Below are positions 1-11,614 of a stretch of 64,000 nucleotides of DNA, piece by piece. How positions within the stretch are numbered: position 1 is the stretch's first letter; each line of letters opens with the position of its first letter. This stretch comes from an uncultured Actinomycetota bacterium. Its GTDB lineage: Bacteria; Actinomycetota; Actinomycetes; Mycobacteriales; Pseudonocardiaceae. A program made the position numbers and the translations under genes. Location: assembly GCA_963822695.1 (NCBI GenBank), contig CAWGJH010000010.1, forward strand, positions 10,094-74,093. The letters are read 5' to 3'. Below the pieces are notes generated by a model, which saw only the letters and a program-made list of their open reading frames with translations, made no database searches and was not told the origin of the DNA.

Positions 1-194
1 CCGGTCTTCGCGCCGGGGTGGACCGTGAAGGTCCCGGCCCACAGCTTCTGCGAGCCCGTCCGGTCATGGGTGACTGCGGCCGCGCGGGTCAACCCCGGTG
101 TCTGCGGGGTGTTGGTGTCCAGCGCGTCGCCGGGGATGACCCGCACGCCCTCGGTGCGCCAATCCCGTGGTGCGCCAGGGTTGACTGTCCCCAT
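1..194 (-). CDS. cupin-domain protein, N-terminal part (gene runs off left edge)
   Basis: Minus-strand ATG at 194..192 opens MGTVNPGAPRDWRTEGVRVIPGDALDTNTPQTPGLTRAAAVTHDRTGSQKLWAGTFTVHPGAKT and stays open to the window edge. It looks like a small actinobacterial cupin. Third codon positions are GC-rich. Confidence 0.45.
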   Translation of the reverse strand, partial: MGTVNPGAPRDWRTEGVRVIPGDALDTNTPQTPGLTRAAAVTHDRTGSQKLWAGTFTVHPGAKT

Positions 195-240
195 GCTTTG
201 AGGCTAGTCCGAGAAGCCGTGGCCCGGAACCACAGGGATC

Positions 241-648
241 ATGCGCCACGTTGGTCTGGCAGCGGTCAGACCTCGACGGGCACGGATCATCCCACTGCCT
301 GCGTTGGTCACTGAACGCCTACAAGGCCGGCTGACCGGTGAAGAGGACCCGATGTGGCCGCTGTTCGCAGCAGCCGGCGCAGACGGACGCCCAACGTTCC
401 GGTGGCCAGCGAACGTGCGCCGCAGTATCCGAGTAGTGCGCACGGAGATCGGGCTCGGGTGGATGACCCCACACACCTGGCGGCGCACCTATGCCACAAT
501 TCTCGACGACGAAGTGGGGCTATCGGATCGGCAGAAGGCCGACCTGATGGGGCACGCCAAGATCAGCATGATGAAAGACACCTATGTGCACTGCGGCGAG
601 TTCCACGCCGACGCCGCCGTTTATGTGGACGCTGCCTACGCCGAGTGA
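241..648 (+). pseudogene. tyrosine recombinase/integrase, C-terminal fragment only
   Basis: Carries the catalytic-domain tail HTWRRTYATILDD...LMGHAKISMMKDTYVH (R..H-x-x-R ... LGH ... Y). No N-terminal SAM-like or core-binding part lies upstream in frame. Confidence 0.7.
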
Positions 649-1398
649 GGGACTATGGACGGCTTGGGCTGTTCGGTCCCGGGTGCCGAGCCAGCGCTCT
701 GCAGGGACGGCGCGTTGATACAGCCAGCTGACCGACCTCTGTTTCGCTCGGCAGCACTCACTACTGTACACCCCTGGCGACGCTTAAGGCGAGCAGCCCG
801 ACGGATCTTCCGACGATGAGTTCAAAGTCCACCCGATAGGAGTAGGACTACCTGGCATTTTACGGTGCCTGCCGCTGTGAGTTGGGTACTAGCGGTACTG
901 AACCGCCCAAGCCGGCGAAACCGCAGCTGGTGCTGACGTGCGTCACATCCCCAGCCGTGATCATCACGGTATGATCTTGGATAGCCATCAGTGCTCCATT
1001 CCTGGGGTGTCGGTAAGAACGGCGTCATGAGCCGCAAACGCAACTGTTGTTGCTGGTCACGACACTGATCGTTTGCCACGCTGGGCGCTGTCTGGAGTGC
1101 CAAAGCGCTGCGGTGGCAGGGATGACCAGGCGATATGCCACCGATTGCGGCTCTTGGCAGCAGCTTCCTTACCGACACCCCGACAACCGGCACCGCACAC
1201 AAGGCGTAACTGCCCCAGGCCCCTTCACCACACAGCGGATACGCGACAGTCGATTACGCGAGGTCACCAGTGTCACGTGCCGGGTTCTTTATGAGCGATC
1301 ACACCAGTCGGCGACCAGATCGATGCGGGTCGGTTGCGACGACCCTCTGAATCCGGCAGGGAAGCGACGTGTTCGCCGATGTGCGGCTCGCCAGCGAC

Positions 1399-2278
1399 TC
1401 AACCGAAGAATACCAACGCTTGCCCGAACAGCCTGGCGAGGCTGATGATTACTCCGGCGCAAGCTCCAGTCTTGTAGTCGAAGGAGACGACTTCGTCCCG
1501 CGCGATGCAGTAGAGGTTGCCGTCTGGGCCGAACCGCAATCCCCGAGGGTTGCAGAAGCGGGCCGCCGCATCGGGTTGGAGGATCCTGATGAGGCCGCCG
1601 ATCGCACTGTCGTACTCCCGGACGCTCGAAAGGGCATCCTTGCAGGACACGACGTCCCAAAGGGCCACTCGGAGGACGCCATAATGTTGCCATTCGGAGC
1701 GATCGTGAGATCGAGGGGGCTCAGCTGCGGATCGTCAACCAGAGCTGGGACGACGAGTCTCCCATCCGTACCGAAGACTTTGATCGTTTCCTCCCCGGCA
1801 CCCGAGGGGCCCATGCCCGAGGCGAGGAAGATGCGACCATCAGAATCGAACACAAAACCGCGTGGGAACGCGACAACTCCTGGGGTCAGGAGCGGCTCTG
1901 CGGGCCCGTCCAGGCTTGCCGGTACGGCCATGACTGTGCGGAGCCAACGCGAGCCAACGTAGTAGCGGCCGTCGGGCCCGAAGACTCCACTTCCGGGGTC
2001 GAGCCCGTCGATCGGGCTCCTCTCTCTCTTCGGATCTGTCTCTTCCGGTCAAGGGCGAGGATGCGATCGTTACCGCTGTTCACATAAAGCAGGTCGCCCG
2101 TCGGATCGACGCACAGGCCCCGTGGGTCCGTGATGCGGTTGTCTTCGCAGAAGGTTCCCAACAGGTTGCCGGCGAGGTCAAAGGCGAGGACGGCGCCGTA
2201 GCCGTCGCCGTTGGCGCCCTTTGTACTGGAGACAAGCACACTCATTTGATCAGTGGTGTTCCAGATGGAGGTGTACAT
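1399..2278 (-). pseudogene. NHL/SMP-30-like beta-propeller protein, split over three frames
   Basis: Three overlapping minus ORFs (1886..2278, 1449..1931, 1399..1668) each carry propeller-blade motifs: DPRGLCVDPTGDLLYV, FPRGFVFDSDGRIFLA, NPRGLRFGPDGNLYCI. At least 2 frameshifts are needed to join them. Confidence 0.7.
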
Positions 2279-2529
2279 TCAACCCTGGTAGGCGAGGTCG
2301 GCGGCGGTCAACCCTTCGAGCGCCATCCCCAGAGCGATGCCCTACCACCGTCGGACACGGCCGGTCAACATACGCACCGCTCACCACGATCACCGCCTCG
2401 CGGCCGGCCCAGCCCCCTTAGCGCCAGTTTTCGCAAGATCATTGCTGGACCCGCTGTTCGGCCAGGGGACGACGCTCGTGCCTCCGAGCCGGGAGCGGCG
2501 GTCTTCGAACTGACCAGCCGGCACCGAGC

Positions 2530-3303
2530 TTAGACGTGCGGCTGGCCGGTCGAGGCGCTGGTACCACCGTCCACCGGGAGCACCGCGCCGGTGATGTAAC
2601 CGGCGGCGTCGCTGGCCAGGAACAGGACAGGAGGCGCGACGTCCTCGGGCAGGCCCGCACGGCCCAGGGCGATCCGGTTGACGAACGGCGCCAGCGACTG
2701 CTCGTCGCGCCCGACACCTTCGGTCAGCTCGGTCAGCGTGAACGCCGGCGCTACGGCGTTGAGGCGTACCCCGTACTGGCCCCAGTCCAGGGCCAGGCAG
2801 CGGACGAAGTTGGTGATCGCCGCTTTAGTGGCGTTGTAGGCGGCCTGGCCCCAGTCGCCCCGCTCGCCGGAGACCGAGGAGACGGCGACCAGACTGCCGC
2901 GGGAGTCGGCCAGGTGCGGGAGCGCGGCCTTGGCCAGGTGGAAGAAGGCGTCCACGTTCGTGGCCCGCAGCCGCTGCCACGCCTCGTCGGTGAGCTCGGT
3001 AATCGGCCCGGCCGCATAGTCGGCCGCGTTGCTGACCACAACATCGAGCCGGCCGAACCGGTTGACCACCTGCCGCACTAGCCCGGCCACTTGGGCGCCG
3101 TCGGACACGTCGGCGGGCAGCGCCGCAGCGCGCTCGGCCGGAAACCCTTCCAGCGCCCGCTCCAGACGGTCCTTGCGGCGGCCGGTGATCGCCACCGTGG
3201 CGCCCGCGTCGAGAAAGGCACGCGTGATAGCCAGGCCGATACCGCTGCCTCCGCCGGTGATCAGGACGACAGAGCCAGTGAAGTCGAAGCTCGCATGGTT
3301 CAT
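2530..3303 (-). CDS. short-chain dehydrogenase/reductase (SDR)
   Basis: 257 aa. Has TGGGSGIG cofactor motif, NAA, and the catalytic S...YNATKAA (YxxxK). Confidence 0.9.
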   Translation of the reverse strand: MNHASFDFTGSVVLITGGGSGIGLAITRAFLDAGATVAITGRRKDRLERALEGFPAERAAALPADVSDGAQVAGLVRQVVNRFGRLDVVVSNAADYAAGPITELTDEAWQRLRATNVDAFFHLAKAALPHLADSRGSLVAVSSVSGERGDWGQAAYNATKAAITNFVRCLALDWGQYGVRLNAVAPAFTLTELTEGVGRDEQSLAPFVNRIALGRAGLPEDVAPPVLFLASDAAGYITGAVLPVDGGTSASTGQPHV

Positions 3304-3404
3304 GACGGCCCTCCGCCCCGCTACACGTCAGCCAACAGCCCGTCGGCGCACAGCTCCTGCTTCGAAGACTGTAGACGGGGTCCCGGACTGGTGAGCTCGC
3401 GTAT

Positions 3405-3851
3405 TCAACTGTCGCCAGTTCTTGTGTGGTCACCAGCGGCGTAACGGCTCCAGGTCGCACCGGCGTGTGAGGCGATCTTGGCTGCGGTCACAGGGTGATA
3501 GCCGAGGGCGTCGGCGACGACGGGTGCTGGCATTTCCAGAAGGTGCTGGCGGATGGCGGCCGTGCGGGCGGTGCGGGTGGGCACGCCGAGCTTGTTGACG
3601 AGCGCGGCGAGGCTCTCGGGATGCATCGGCTGCCCTGCCCGGCGGCCGGGGAACAGCCAGCGCGAGTCGGGGTTGGTGGCGGTGTTCATGTTGCCCCGCT
3701 CGCTGATCCAGGCGAGCAGGAGCTGCGCGAACGGGGTGGGGACCGGTGATGGTGGCTCGCCGAGGCGGAGCAGCACCTGGTCCCCGTCGGTGATGACGTC
3801 ATCGACGGTGAGCCGGACGATCCGGCTCAGACGCTCCTCTGCACTTGTCAA
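3405..3851 (-). pseudogene. tyrosine recombinase fragment (C-terminal region, trio-recombinase-like)
   Basis: Sequence RIVRLTVDDVITDGDQVLLRLG...WLFPGRRAGQPMHPESLAALVNKLGVPTRTARTAAIRQHLLEMPAPVVADALGYH. The N-terminal half is missing. The upstream part of the ORF is Arg-rich junk. Confidence 0.55.
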
Positions 3852-3889
3852 GTTGGCGCACCGATGCAGCTCGTGGTCACGCTGTGTGG

Positions 3890-4417
3890 TCAGTGGGGGG
3901 TGAGCAGCTCGTTGGCGATGTCTTCCTGCCGGGTTTGTGATCGCTCGACTTGTTCGATCTTGTCGCGGATGTGCACGAGGTTGAGTTCCAGTGCGTCGAT
4001 TTCTCCGAACCAACCTTGGTCTTGCGCCGTCTGTAGTCGGTTGCGGGCGTTTATCTGGATGTTGACCAGTCGAGGTTTCATCTCCGGTGGAATTTCCAGC
4101 ATGGGACAGCGTAAACAGGCGTGCTCATGAATGCAGGGCGTCGCGTAGGGCATGCGGCAGTGCCCGAGCTCCATGGTGCGTTTACCGAAGTGCTGCTCGA
4201 GCTTGGCCCATTCGGCACTGCTGGGATCGCGGTATTCTTCCGACGGGCGGCCGGCTCGTCGGCGCGCCAGGTGTGCTTGCATGTGTTGAATGACGTCCTG
4301 GGGGCAGATTGCCGTGTATCCTTGTGTGGTGTTCAGATCGATATGTCCGAGGACCTTGGCGGCAATATGAATTGGTAGCCCGCCGGACACGGCGTCGGTG
4401 GCGAATGCCACGTAGTC
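3890..4417 (-). pseudogene. tyrosine recombinase fragment (C-terminal catalytic end with Cys-rich tail)
   Basis: Sequence IHIAAKVLGHIDLNTTQGYTA followed by HCRMPYATPCIHEHACLRCPML and a coiled tail, as in Tn554/Rit-type integrases. No N-terminal domain is present. Confidence 0.6.
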
Positions 4418-4892
4418 AGTCTCGGGGCTTGGGGCAGGAGTTCGGCGCGCAGCGCGCGGGCCGTCTGCGGGTGCAGTTCGATGGTCCACTCCGAGAGCAC
4501 CCGGGCTCGGGGCTCATCGAGCACTCCAGCGTCCATCGCGGCGTGCACTGCGGGCAGCCGGGTCAGCAGGTCATGCGCCAACCAGAACTGCGCGTCAGCG
4601 GCCCGGCGGGTCAGCACCAACGCGGCGCGGATCTCATTCGCGGAGAACTCATCAGGAACAGCCATCCGGCGCACCGGATCGTCAACCGGGCCGACACCAC
4701 ACAGTCCGACCTCGACCATAGCGGCCATCAACTGGGCTCGGTCGTGATTGAGCTGCCGATACCGTGCCTTGAGCACGTGCACGCAATCGAAACCGGTCAG
4801 CCGGGCCAGGTCGATTCCGGACAGCACCTGCTCCAGCTGCGGCCCTGGTGGAATATCCGCCAAGTCCTCCGGAATCACCTGCCGAACCATCA
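4405..4892 (-). pseudogene. DUF222 (13E12-repeat/HNH endonuclease family) N-terminal fragment
   Basis: Sequence PGPQLEQVLSGIDLARLTGFDCVHVLKARYRQLNHDRAQLMAAMVEV...EIRAALVLTRRAADAQFWLAHDLLTRLPAVHAAMDAG. It is truncated where it abuts the integrase fragment, and the HNH part is absent. Confidence 0.6.
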
Positions 4893-4969
4893 CGAACGGC
4901 ACGCTACGACCCGACACCGACAAAGACCGCAGCGATGCACCCGTGTAGGGCGGGCGCCATGATGGGGGC

Positions 4970-5245
4970 ATGACACCGGTGCGGATGACGGCCTGGGTGC
5001 ATGGTCGTGTGCAGGGCGTGGGGTTTCGCTGGTGGGCCCGCTCACGAGCACTCGAACTAGGCTTGGTTGGCCATGCCGCCAACCTGTCCGATGGGCGGGT
5101 CGAGGTGGTCGCGGAAGGCCCGCGCGAGGCCTGTGAGCGGCTGCTCGTCGCGCTGCGCTCCGGGTCTACGCCCGGCCAGGTGAAGCAGGTTACGGAGCGG
5201 TTCACTCACGCCCGGGGCGGTGTCACCGGCTTCGTCGAGCGCTGA
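4970..5245 (+). CDS. acyP: acylphosphatase
   Basis: 91 aa with VHGRVQGVGFRWW...GHAANLSDGRVEVVAEG. Confidence 0.9.
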   Translation: MTPVRMTAWVHGRVQGVGFRWWARSRALELGLVGHAANLSDGRVEVVAEGPREACERLLVALRSGSTPGQVKQVTERFTHARGGVTGFVER

Positions 5246-5411
5246 GCGCCCCTCCTGAGCGAGCGCAACCACCACCCTGCTCGGCACGAGGTTTCCCGAA
5301 AAGGCAGTGTTCGCCGTAGCGAGCCCGGGCTCGGCTGGCGGCCTGGGTACCCTGCTCGGGCATGCGATAACAGGTAACAGTAGGGGAGCAGCAAGGAGGG
5401 TCCAGCGCACC

Positions 5412-8400
5412 GTGCATTTGAAGAGCCTGACGCTGAAGGGCTTCAAGTCCTTCGCCTCGGCTACCACGCTGCGCTTCGAGCCCGGCATTACCTGCGTCGT
5501 GGGTCCCAATGGCTCGGGCAAGTCCAACGTGGTGGACGCGCTGTCCTGGGTGATGGGGGAGCAGGGCGCCAAGGCGCTGCGCGGTGGCAAGATGGAGGAT
5601 GTCATCTTTGCCGGCACCGCCGATCGCCCCCCGCTGGGCCGCGCCGAGGTCACCCTGACCATTGACAACACCGACGGTGCGCTGCCCATCGACTACACTG
5701 AGGTGTCGGTCACTCGGCGGATGTTCCGTGATGGAGCAAGCGAGTACGAGATCAACGGCAGCAGTTGCCGGCTGCTCGACGTCCAGGAGCTGCTCTCGGA
5801 TTCCGGGATCGGCCGTGAGATGCACGTCATCGTCGGTCAGGGCAAGCTCGACTCGATCCTGCAGTCCAAGCCCGAGGATCGCCGCGCGTTCATCGAGGAA
5901 GCTGCGGGCGTCCTCAAGCACCGCAAGCGCAAGGAGAAGGCGCTGCGCAAGCTGGACGCGATGCAGGCCAACCTGACCCGGCTATCCGACCTCACCGCCG
6001 AGCTGCGCCGACAGCTCAAGCCGCTGGGTAAGCAGGCCGAGATCGCCCGGCGGGCTCAGGCCGTGCAGGCCGATCTGCGTGACGCCCGGCTGCGGTTGCA
6101 CGCCGACGACCTGGTGACCCTGCGTGAGGCGTTTGCCAGGGACGAGGCCGATGAGGCTGCGGCCAGGGCCCGCCGGACCGAGGTGGAGAGCGCGCTGGAC
6201 GCGGCCCGCGCTGAGCAGGCCGGCTTGGAGGAACAGCTCGACGCCACAACGCCGAGGCTCTCGGTGGCGCAGGACACCTGGTATCAGCTCTCGGCGTTAG
6301 CCGAGCGGCTGCGCGGCACGGTGCAACTGGCGGTGCAGCGAGCCCGGCACCTCTCCGCTCCCACCGAGCAGCACCGCCCCGGTCGGGACCCCGACGAGCT
6401 GGAGCGCGAGGCTGCGGCTGCGCAGGCTACCGAGGCTGAACTGCACGCGGTGGTGGACGAGGCCAGCACGGCCCTGTCTGGCGCCCTGGACCGCCGCGTC
6501 GAGCTGGAGCAGGCCGTCGCCGACGCCGAGCGGGCGCAGCTGGCTGCGGTCCGCGCCGTCGCCGATCGGCGGGAGGGGCTGGCCCGGCTCGCCGGCCAGG
6601 TCGAGGCGCTTCGGTCCGCGTCAGGCGCTACCGGGGAGGAGATCGAGCGGCTGTCCAGCGCGCTGGCCGCCGCCAGAGAGCGGGCGCAGCGTGCGCAGCG
6701 GGAGTTCGACGAGCTGCAGCACAAGCTTGATGCCCTGCATGCCGGCGAGGTCGGGCTCGACGCGCGGCACGAGGCGGCGTTGGCCGCGCATGCCACCGCC
6801 GCGCGGCGCCGCGCCGAGCTTGCTGCGGCACACCGGGAGGCCGAGCAGCAGCGGGCCTCCTGGCGGGCTCGGGTGGAGGCGCTGTCGATCGGCCTGGCCC
6901 GCAAGGACGGTTCGCAGCCGTTGCTGGCCGCCGGTTTGCCCGGCGTGGTGGGCTCGGTTGCCGCGCTGCTCACCGTGGACGCCGGCGCGGAGGCCGCCGT
7001 GGCAGCCGCCCTGGGTGCCGCGGCGGACGCGCTGGCAGTGTCCGATGTGGACGTTGCGGCCACTGCGCTGTCCCTGTTGCGGGCGCAGGATGCTGGCCGC
7101 GCCGGCCTGCTCGTCGGCGGTGCACCGGCCACGGTGGACCGCTCAACCTGGCCGGAACTGCCGGCCGGTGCGCGGTGGGCGGTGGATCTGGTCCAGGCGC
7201 CGGAGGCCCTGTGCGCCGCGCTACACCGGCTGCTGGAGCGCACTGTGGTGGTCGGCGACGTGGGCGCTGCCCGGGCGCTGGTCGCCGCGGCGCCCACCAT
7301 GCGGGCGGTGACCGTCGACGGCGACGTGCTCGGTGCCGATTGGGCGCAGGGCGGATCGGGTCGCAGCCTGAGCGTCATCGAGGTACAGGCCGCCGTCGAG
7401 GACGGTCAGTCCCGGTTGGCGGAGTCGGAAACGCGCGTCGAGCGGCTGGGCGCTGAGCTCGACGGGGCCAGCGCCGAGGAGGCCGATCGCGCCGAGGACG
7501 TCGACAACACCCTAGCCGCTCTGCACGAGTCGGACGCGCAACTAGCCGCGATCGCCGAGCAACTCGCGCGGCTCGGCCAGGCGGCCCGTTCCGCATCCGA
7601 CGAGGCCGGTCGGCTACACGACCAGCGCGACGAGATGGAGGCGCGGCGGGCCGGCGCGCAGACCAGCCTGGCCGAGCTGGAGGAGCGGTTGCGGCTGGCT
7701 CAGGACGAGGCGGTGGATACCGAACCGGACACCTCGGAACGCGACGAAGCCGTCGCGGCGCTGAGCACCGCGCGCAGCGAGGAGGTCGAGGCGCGGCTGG
7801 CGCTGCGCACTGCCGAGGAGCGTGCCCGGGCGCTGGCCGGTCGGGCCGACGGGCTGCGTCGAAGCGCCCAGGCGGAGCGGGTGGCCCGGCAGCGGGCTGC
7901 CGCCGCGGCGGCAGCCCGGCAACGGGGCGCCGCGATGGCCGCAGAGGTGGTGCAGGCCGGGGAGTTCGCGTTGGGCCGCATCGAGATATCGCTGCAGCGG
8001 GCCGCAGCCGAGCGGGATGCGGTGATCGTCGAGCGGGCTCAATGGGAGCAAGGCCTGGCTGCGGTCCGGAGCCGGGTTCGCCAACTCGTGGGGGAGCTGG
8101 ACAAGCTCACCGACACGGTGCATCGCGACGAGTTGCTGCGCGCTCAGCAGCGGCTGCGTATCGAGCAGCTCGAGACCAAGATTTCCGATGACTTCGGCAT
8201 CGGTCTCGATGACCTCATCGCGGAGTACGGGCCCGCCGTGCCGGTGCCGCCGGCGGCAAGCGAGCTGGCCGAATACGAGACGGTGACGCAGCGCGGCGAG
8301 CAGGTCAGCGCCCCGCAGCCAGCTCCCTACGACCGGGCTTTGCAGACCCGCCGCGCCCAGCGCGCCGAGCGCGATCTCACCCTGCTCGGCAAGGTCAACC

Positions 8401-9017
8401 CGCTGGCGTTGGAGGAGTTCGCCGCGCTCGAGGAGCGCTACAAGTTCCTGTCCACCCAACTGGAAGACCTCAAGGCCACCCGACGCGATTTGCTCACCGT
8501 CATCGCTGAGGTCGACGAGAAGATCCTTGAGGTCTTCACCGAGGCCTTCCACGACGTGGCGCGCGAGTTCGAGACCGTCTTCGCCACGCTATTTCCCGGC
8601 GGGGAAGGAAGGTTACTGCTCACCGAGCCCGACGACATGCTCACCACCGGTATCGAGGTCGAGGCCCGCCCGCCTGGGAAGAAGGTCAAACGCCTGTCGC
8701 TGCTGTCCGGCGGGGAGCGCTCGCTCACCGCGGTGGCCATGCTGGTCGCGATCTTCCGGGCCCGGCCCTCGCCGTTCTACGTGCTCGACGAGGTGGAAGC
8801 GGCGCTGGACGAGACCAACCTCAGCCGCCTGATCGCGCTGTTCGAGCTGTTGCGGGACCGCTCGCAGCTGATCGTGATCACGCACCAGAAAGCGACGATG
8901 GAGGTTGCCGACGCGCTGTACGGGGTCAGCATGCGCGGCGACGGCATCACCACGGTGATCTCGCAGCGGCTGCGCGGCGTCACCGGCTCCGCGGGCGCGG
9001 CCTCACGTGTCAGGTGA
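5412..9017 (+). CDS. smc: chromosome partition protein SMC
   Basis: GTG at 5412 follows AAGGAGG. Starts [14 protein letters not shown]...GPNGSGKSN (Walker A), then long coiled coils and a hinge. C-terminal [18 protein letters not shown]...[12 protein letters not shown]. Confidence 0.97.
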   Translation: MHLKSLTLKGFKSFASATTLRFEPGITCVVGPNGSGKSNVVDALSWVMGEQGAKALRGGKMEDVIFAGTADRPPLGRAEVTLTIDNTDGALPIDYTEVSVTRRMFRDGASEYEINGSSCRLLDVQELLSDSGIGREMHVIVGQGKLDSILQSKPEDRRAFIEEAAGVLKHRKRKEKALRKLDAMQANLTRLSDLTAELRRQLKPLGKQAEIARRAQAVQADLRDARLRLHADDLVTLREAFARDEADEAAARARRTEVESALDAARAEQAGLEEQLDATTPRLSVAQDTWYQLSALAERLRGTVQLAVQRARHLSAPTEQHRPGRDPDELEREAAAAQATEAELHAVVDEASTALSGALDRRVELEQAVADAERAQLAAVRAVADRREGLARLAGQVEALRSASGATGEEIERLSSALAAARERAQRAQREFDELQHKLDALHAGEVGLDARHEAALAAHATAARRRAELAAAHREAEQQRASWRARVEALSIGLARKDGSQPLLAAGLPGVVGSVAALLTVDAGAEAAVAAALGAAADALAVSDVDVAATALSLLRAQDAGRAGLLVGGAPATVDRSTWPELPAGARWAVDLVQAPEALCAALHRLLERTVVVGDVGAARALVAAAPTMRAVTVDGDVLGADWAQGGSGRSLSVIEVQAAVEDGQSRLAESETRVERLGAELDGASAEEADRAEDVDNTLAALHESDAQLAAIAEQLARLGQAARSASDEAGRLHDQRDEMEARRAGAQTSLAELEERLRLAQDEAVDTEPDTSERDEAVAALSTARSEEVEARLALRTAEERARALAGRADGLRRSAQAERVARQRAAAAAAARQRGAAMAAEVVQAGEFALGRIEISLQRAAAERDAVIVERAQWEQGLAAVRSRVRQLVGELDKLTDTVHRDELLRAQQRLRIEQLETKISDDFGIGLDDLIAEYGPAVPVPPAASELAEYETVTQRGEQVSAPQPAPYDRALQTRRAQRAERDLTLLGKVNPLALEEFAALEERYKFLSTQLEDLKATRRDLLTVIAEVDEKILEVFTEAFHDVAREFETVFATLFPGGEGRLLLTEPDDMLTTGIEVEARPPGKKVKRLSLLSGGERSLTAVAMLVAIFRARPSPFYVLDEVEAALDETNLSRLIALFELLRDRSQLIVITHQKATMEVADALYGVSMRGDGITTVISQRLRGVTGSAGAASRVR

Positions 9018-9038
9018 CGTCAACGAGGGGATTGTGCT

Positions 9039-10377
9039 GTGTCTGACCCGTCTTCTTACCCGTCGTCACTGCCGTTGACGATGTTGGACGAATCGCTCCT
9101 GCTCCTGCAGGAGACCCGCGCGTCGTGGAACGTGCAGTTCGAGTTAGGCACTGACCATCATCTGGACGAGGCCGGGTTCCGGCAGGCGGTGCTGGCCTGC
9201 TGCCGGCGTCATCCGCTGGCCCGTGCTCGAGTGGCATCGTCCCCGCAGGGCGAGACCGCTTACCGGTGGGACTTTGCCGATGAGGTGGATCTGGATCCGC
9301 TGCGGGTGGTGGATTGTCCGGACAGTGCCGCGCTGGACCGGCTGCGGGCCGAGCTGTACACCCCGCCTATTCCTCTGGCCACTTCCCCGGGGTTTCGCGT
9401 TGTCCTGGCCCGGCGGCCCGGTGGGGATCTAGTGCTGCTGTCGGCCAGTCACATCGTCGCCGACGGAGTCGGTGCCCTGCGTCTGATGCAGACCATCGTC
9501 CGGGCGTACCGGGGTGAGCCGGACCCGCCGGACCCTTTACCGCTGGCCGAGGCCCGCGACCTTGGCTCGTTCCTGGCCCCCAAGACCCGGAGCGAGAAGT
9601 GGGCACGGCAGCTGGAAGGGTTGCGACGAGTTCGCGAGGCGTTCGATCCACCGAGCCGGATCGCGGTCGTCGGCGGCACCGACCGTGCTGGTTTCGGGTT
9701 TGTCTTTCGTACCCTCGATATCGGCGAGACCACAACGCCGGGGTTGATGCAGCGGGCTCCGGGCACGACGATTAACGATGTCCTGGTCGCTGGATTGCAC
9801 CTCACCGTGCAGTCCTGGAACGCCAAGCGCGGCGTGCAAACCGGACGGGTCGGAGTCATGGTGCCGGTCAATGTCCGCCCCGCTCACCGCTTGTGGGACG
9901 TCGTTAGCAACCTCACATCGAACGTCACCGTCTCCACTGTTCCGGATGATCGAGTGGACCTGGCAACCGCGACTACCGCGGTGGCCGAGCAGACCTACCA
10001 GGGTGCGACGAAACAACCGTACTTATGGTTTGTACGATCTTCTCGAAGGCACCAAGAAAGCACCGCTGGTGGTCAAGCGCGCGGTGTCTAGGCTGATACA
10101 CCTGACCGGTAATCGGTTCGTGGACACCGCGATGCTGTCGAACCTGGGCCGCATCCCCGAGCCACCCACCCTCGCCACCAAGCCCGACTCTAGGCCACCG
10201 GAGTTGTGGTTCTCTCCGCCGTGCGACCCTGCCTGCAGCGTTTCTCTCGGCGTGGCCACCAGCGGAGCGCGACTGTCACTGGTCGCCCGTTACCGCTACG
10301 AACAATTCGACGCCGATGCCGCGGCAGAATTCACCGATCTGCTGATATCACAGATCGCCCGCCAGCACAGGTGCTGA
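9039..10377 (+). pseudogene. condensation-domain/acyltransferase (HxxxDG family), frameshifted near 10020
   Basis: ORF 9039..10091 carries SHIVADGVG. The C-terminal part continues in another frame (ORF 9778..10377: ...DTAMLSNLGRIPEPP...LVARYRYEQFD). This is either a true frameshift or a sequence error. Confidence 0.6.
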
Positions 10378-10383
10378 TCGGAG

Positions 10384-10701
10384 TCAGCCGGGCGTGGGCA
10401 GCAGGCCCAGTGCGGTGCCCGATCCGGCGAGGACTTGCGCCACGTGGCGGACCGTGCCATCCCCGCCGCGGGCGAGCACCACAGCGGCGCCAGCGGCCAG
10501 CGCGGCTCTGGCCTGACCGCCACCCGGGTCCTCGACGGTGGCCGAAAGCCACAGCGGTGGCGCCCACCCCAGCTCCGCGCACACTCTGGTGATCTGGGCC
10601 TGAAGCGTCGCCAGGTCGGCGACGTTGCTCGGGTTGACCACCACTGCCGGCAACGGCAACGGGCGGTCCGGCAGCGAGTGCGGCGCCGACTCGGGTTCCA
10701 T
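10384..10701 (-). pseudogene. diacylglycerol/lipid kinase catalytic-domain fragment (first ~105 aa only)
   Basis: AVVVNPSN...VVLARGGDGTVRHV...GTALGLLPTPG, then a stop. Full-length family members are about 300 aa. Confidence 0.6.
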
Positions 10702-10953
10702 AGCCGTTCAAGATAGGAGTTTTTCGGACGTCTCGCTGGACGGCGTCTGGTGGGGGTCGTCCTGGCTGCGCTGCGCTCACTAGGTGGGCACCTGGTGAGC
10801 TGGCGACACGTTCGGGAGTTCCGGGCTTTCTGGGGGCGGCCACGTTAGTGTTCGCGCTGCAACGGTGGCCTCGGGAGCGCTCCCGAGGAGTGGGGGAGCC
10901 CGGTGCTCCGTCTGGAGTCCGGGCAGCAGTCTTCTGACAATAAGGAGCAGTTC

Positions 10954-11589
10954 ATGGTCAATATCGTTTCTGAGCGCAGCGTGTCCGAGCCGCTGCGGGT
11001 GCGGACCGAGCCTTTGGGCGATCACATCGCCGACCCCGGTCCGCTGGGTCTGGCCGGATTCGCGATGACCACCTTCGTGCTCAGCTGCGTCAACGCCGGC
11101 CTGGTCGCCAAGGCGATCGAGCCTGTCGTGCTGCCGCTGGCGCTGTTCTACGGCGGAGGAGTCCAGCTGCTGGCCGGCATGTGGGAGTTCCGCAAGGCAA
11201 ACACCTTCGGCGCGCTGGCGTTCAGTTCTTACGGCGCGTTCTGGTTGTCCTTCGCCGCCTACGCCAAAGTCATCGCTCCGAGCCTGCCCGCTGCGGCTGC
11301 GGCGTCCGCGACCGGGTTGTTCCTGCTGGCCTGGACAATCTTCACCGCCTATATGACGGTAGCGTCACTGCGGGTCTCCGGCGTGGTGGCTGCGGTGTTC
11401 GTCGCCCTACTCGCGACGTTCATCTTCTTGACTATCGGCGCGTACTCGGGTGCTGCCGCCATGACCGGCATCGGTGGCTACCTCGGAATCGTGACCGCTG
11501 CGCTGGCCTGGTACGCCTCCTTCGCTGGGGTCACCAACGTGACGTTCAAGAAGGTTGTGCTGCCGGTCTTCTCGACTGCGGCCCGGTAG
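10954..11589 (+). CDS. GPR1/FUN34/YaaH-family acetate/succinate transporter
   Basis: ATG at 10954 follows AAGGAG. Has NPGPLGLAGFAMTTFVLS and six hydrophobic segments. Confidence 0.8.
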   Translation: MVNIVSERSVSEPLRVRTEPLGDHIADPGPLGLAGFAMTTFVLSCVNAGLVAKAIEPVVLPLALFYGGGVQLLAGMWEFRKANTFGALAFSSYGAFWLSFAAYAKVIAPSLPAAAAASATGLFLLAWTIFTAYMTVASLRVSGVVAAVFVALLATFIFLTIGAYSGAAAMTGIGGYLGIVTAALAWYASFAGVTNVTFKKVVLPVFSTAAR

Positions 11590-11614
11590 CGTGGATGGAA
11601 GCGGGTATGCCTGA

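Noticed and set aside
800-860. tRNA-like T-loop (GTTCAAAGTCC) near the integrase fragment as a possible att/tRNA site
   Set aside because: The flanking bases do not form T-stem or acceptor pairing. No cloverleaf can be drawn.
6284-7378. 364-aa minus-strand ORF (and 7614..8552, 312 aa) inside smc
   Set aside because: These are antisense shadow ORFs of a GC-rich gene. Their composition is Ala/Arg/Ser-rich and low complexity. The smc frame on the plus strand carries unmistakable motifs.
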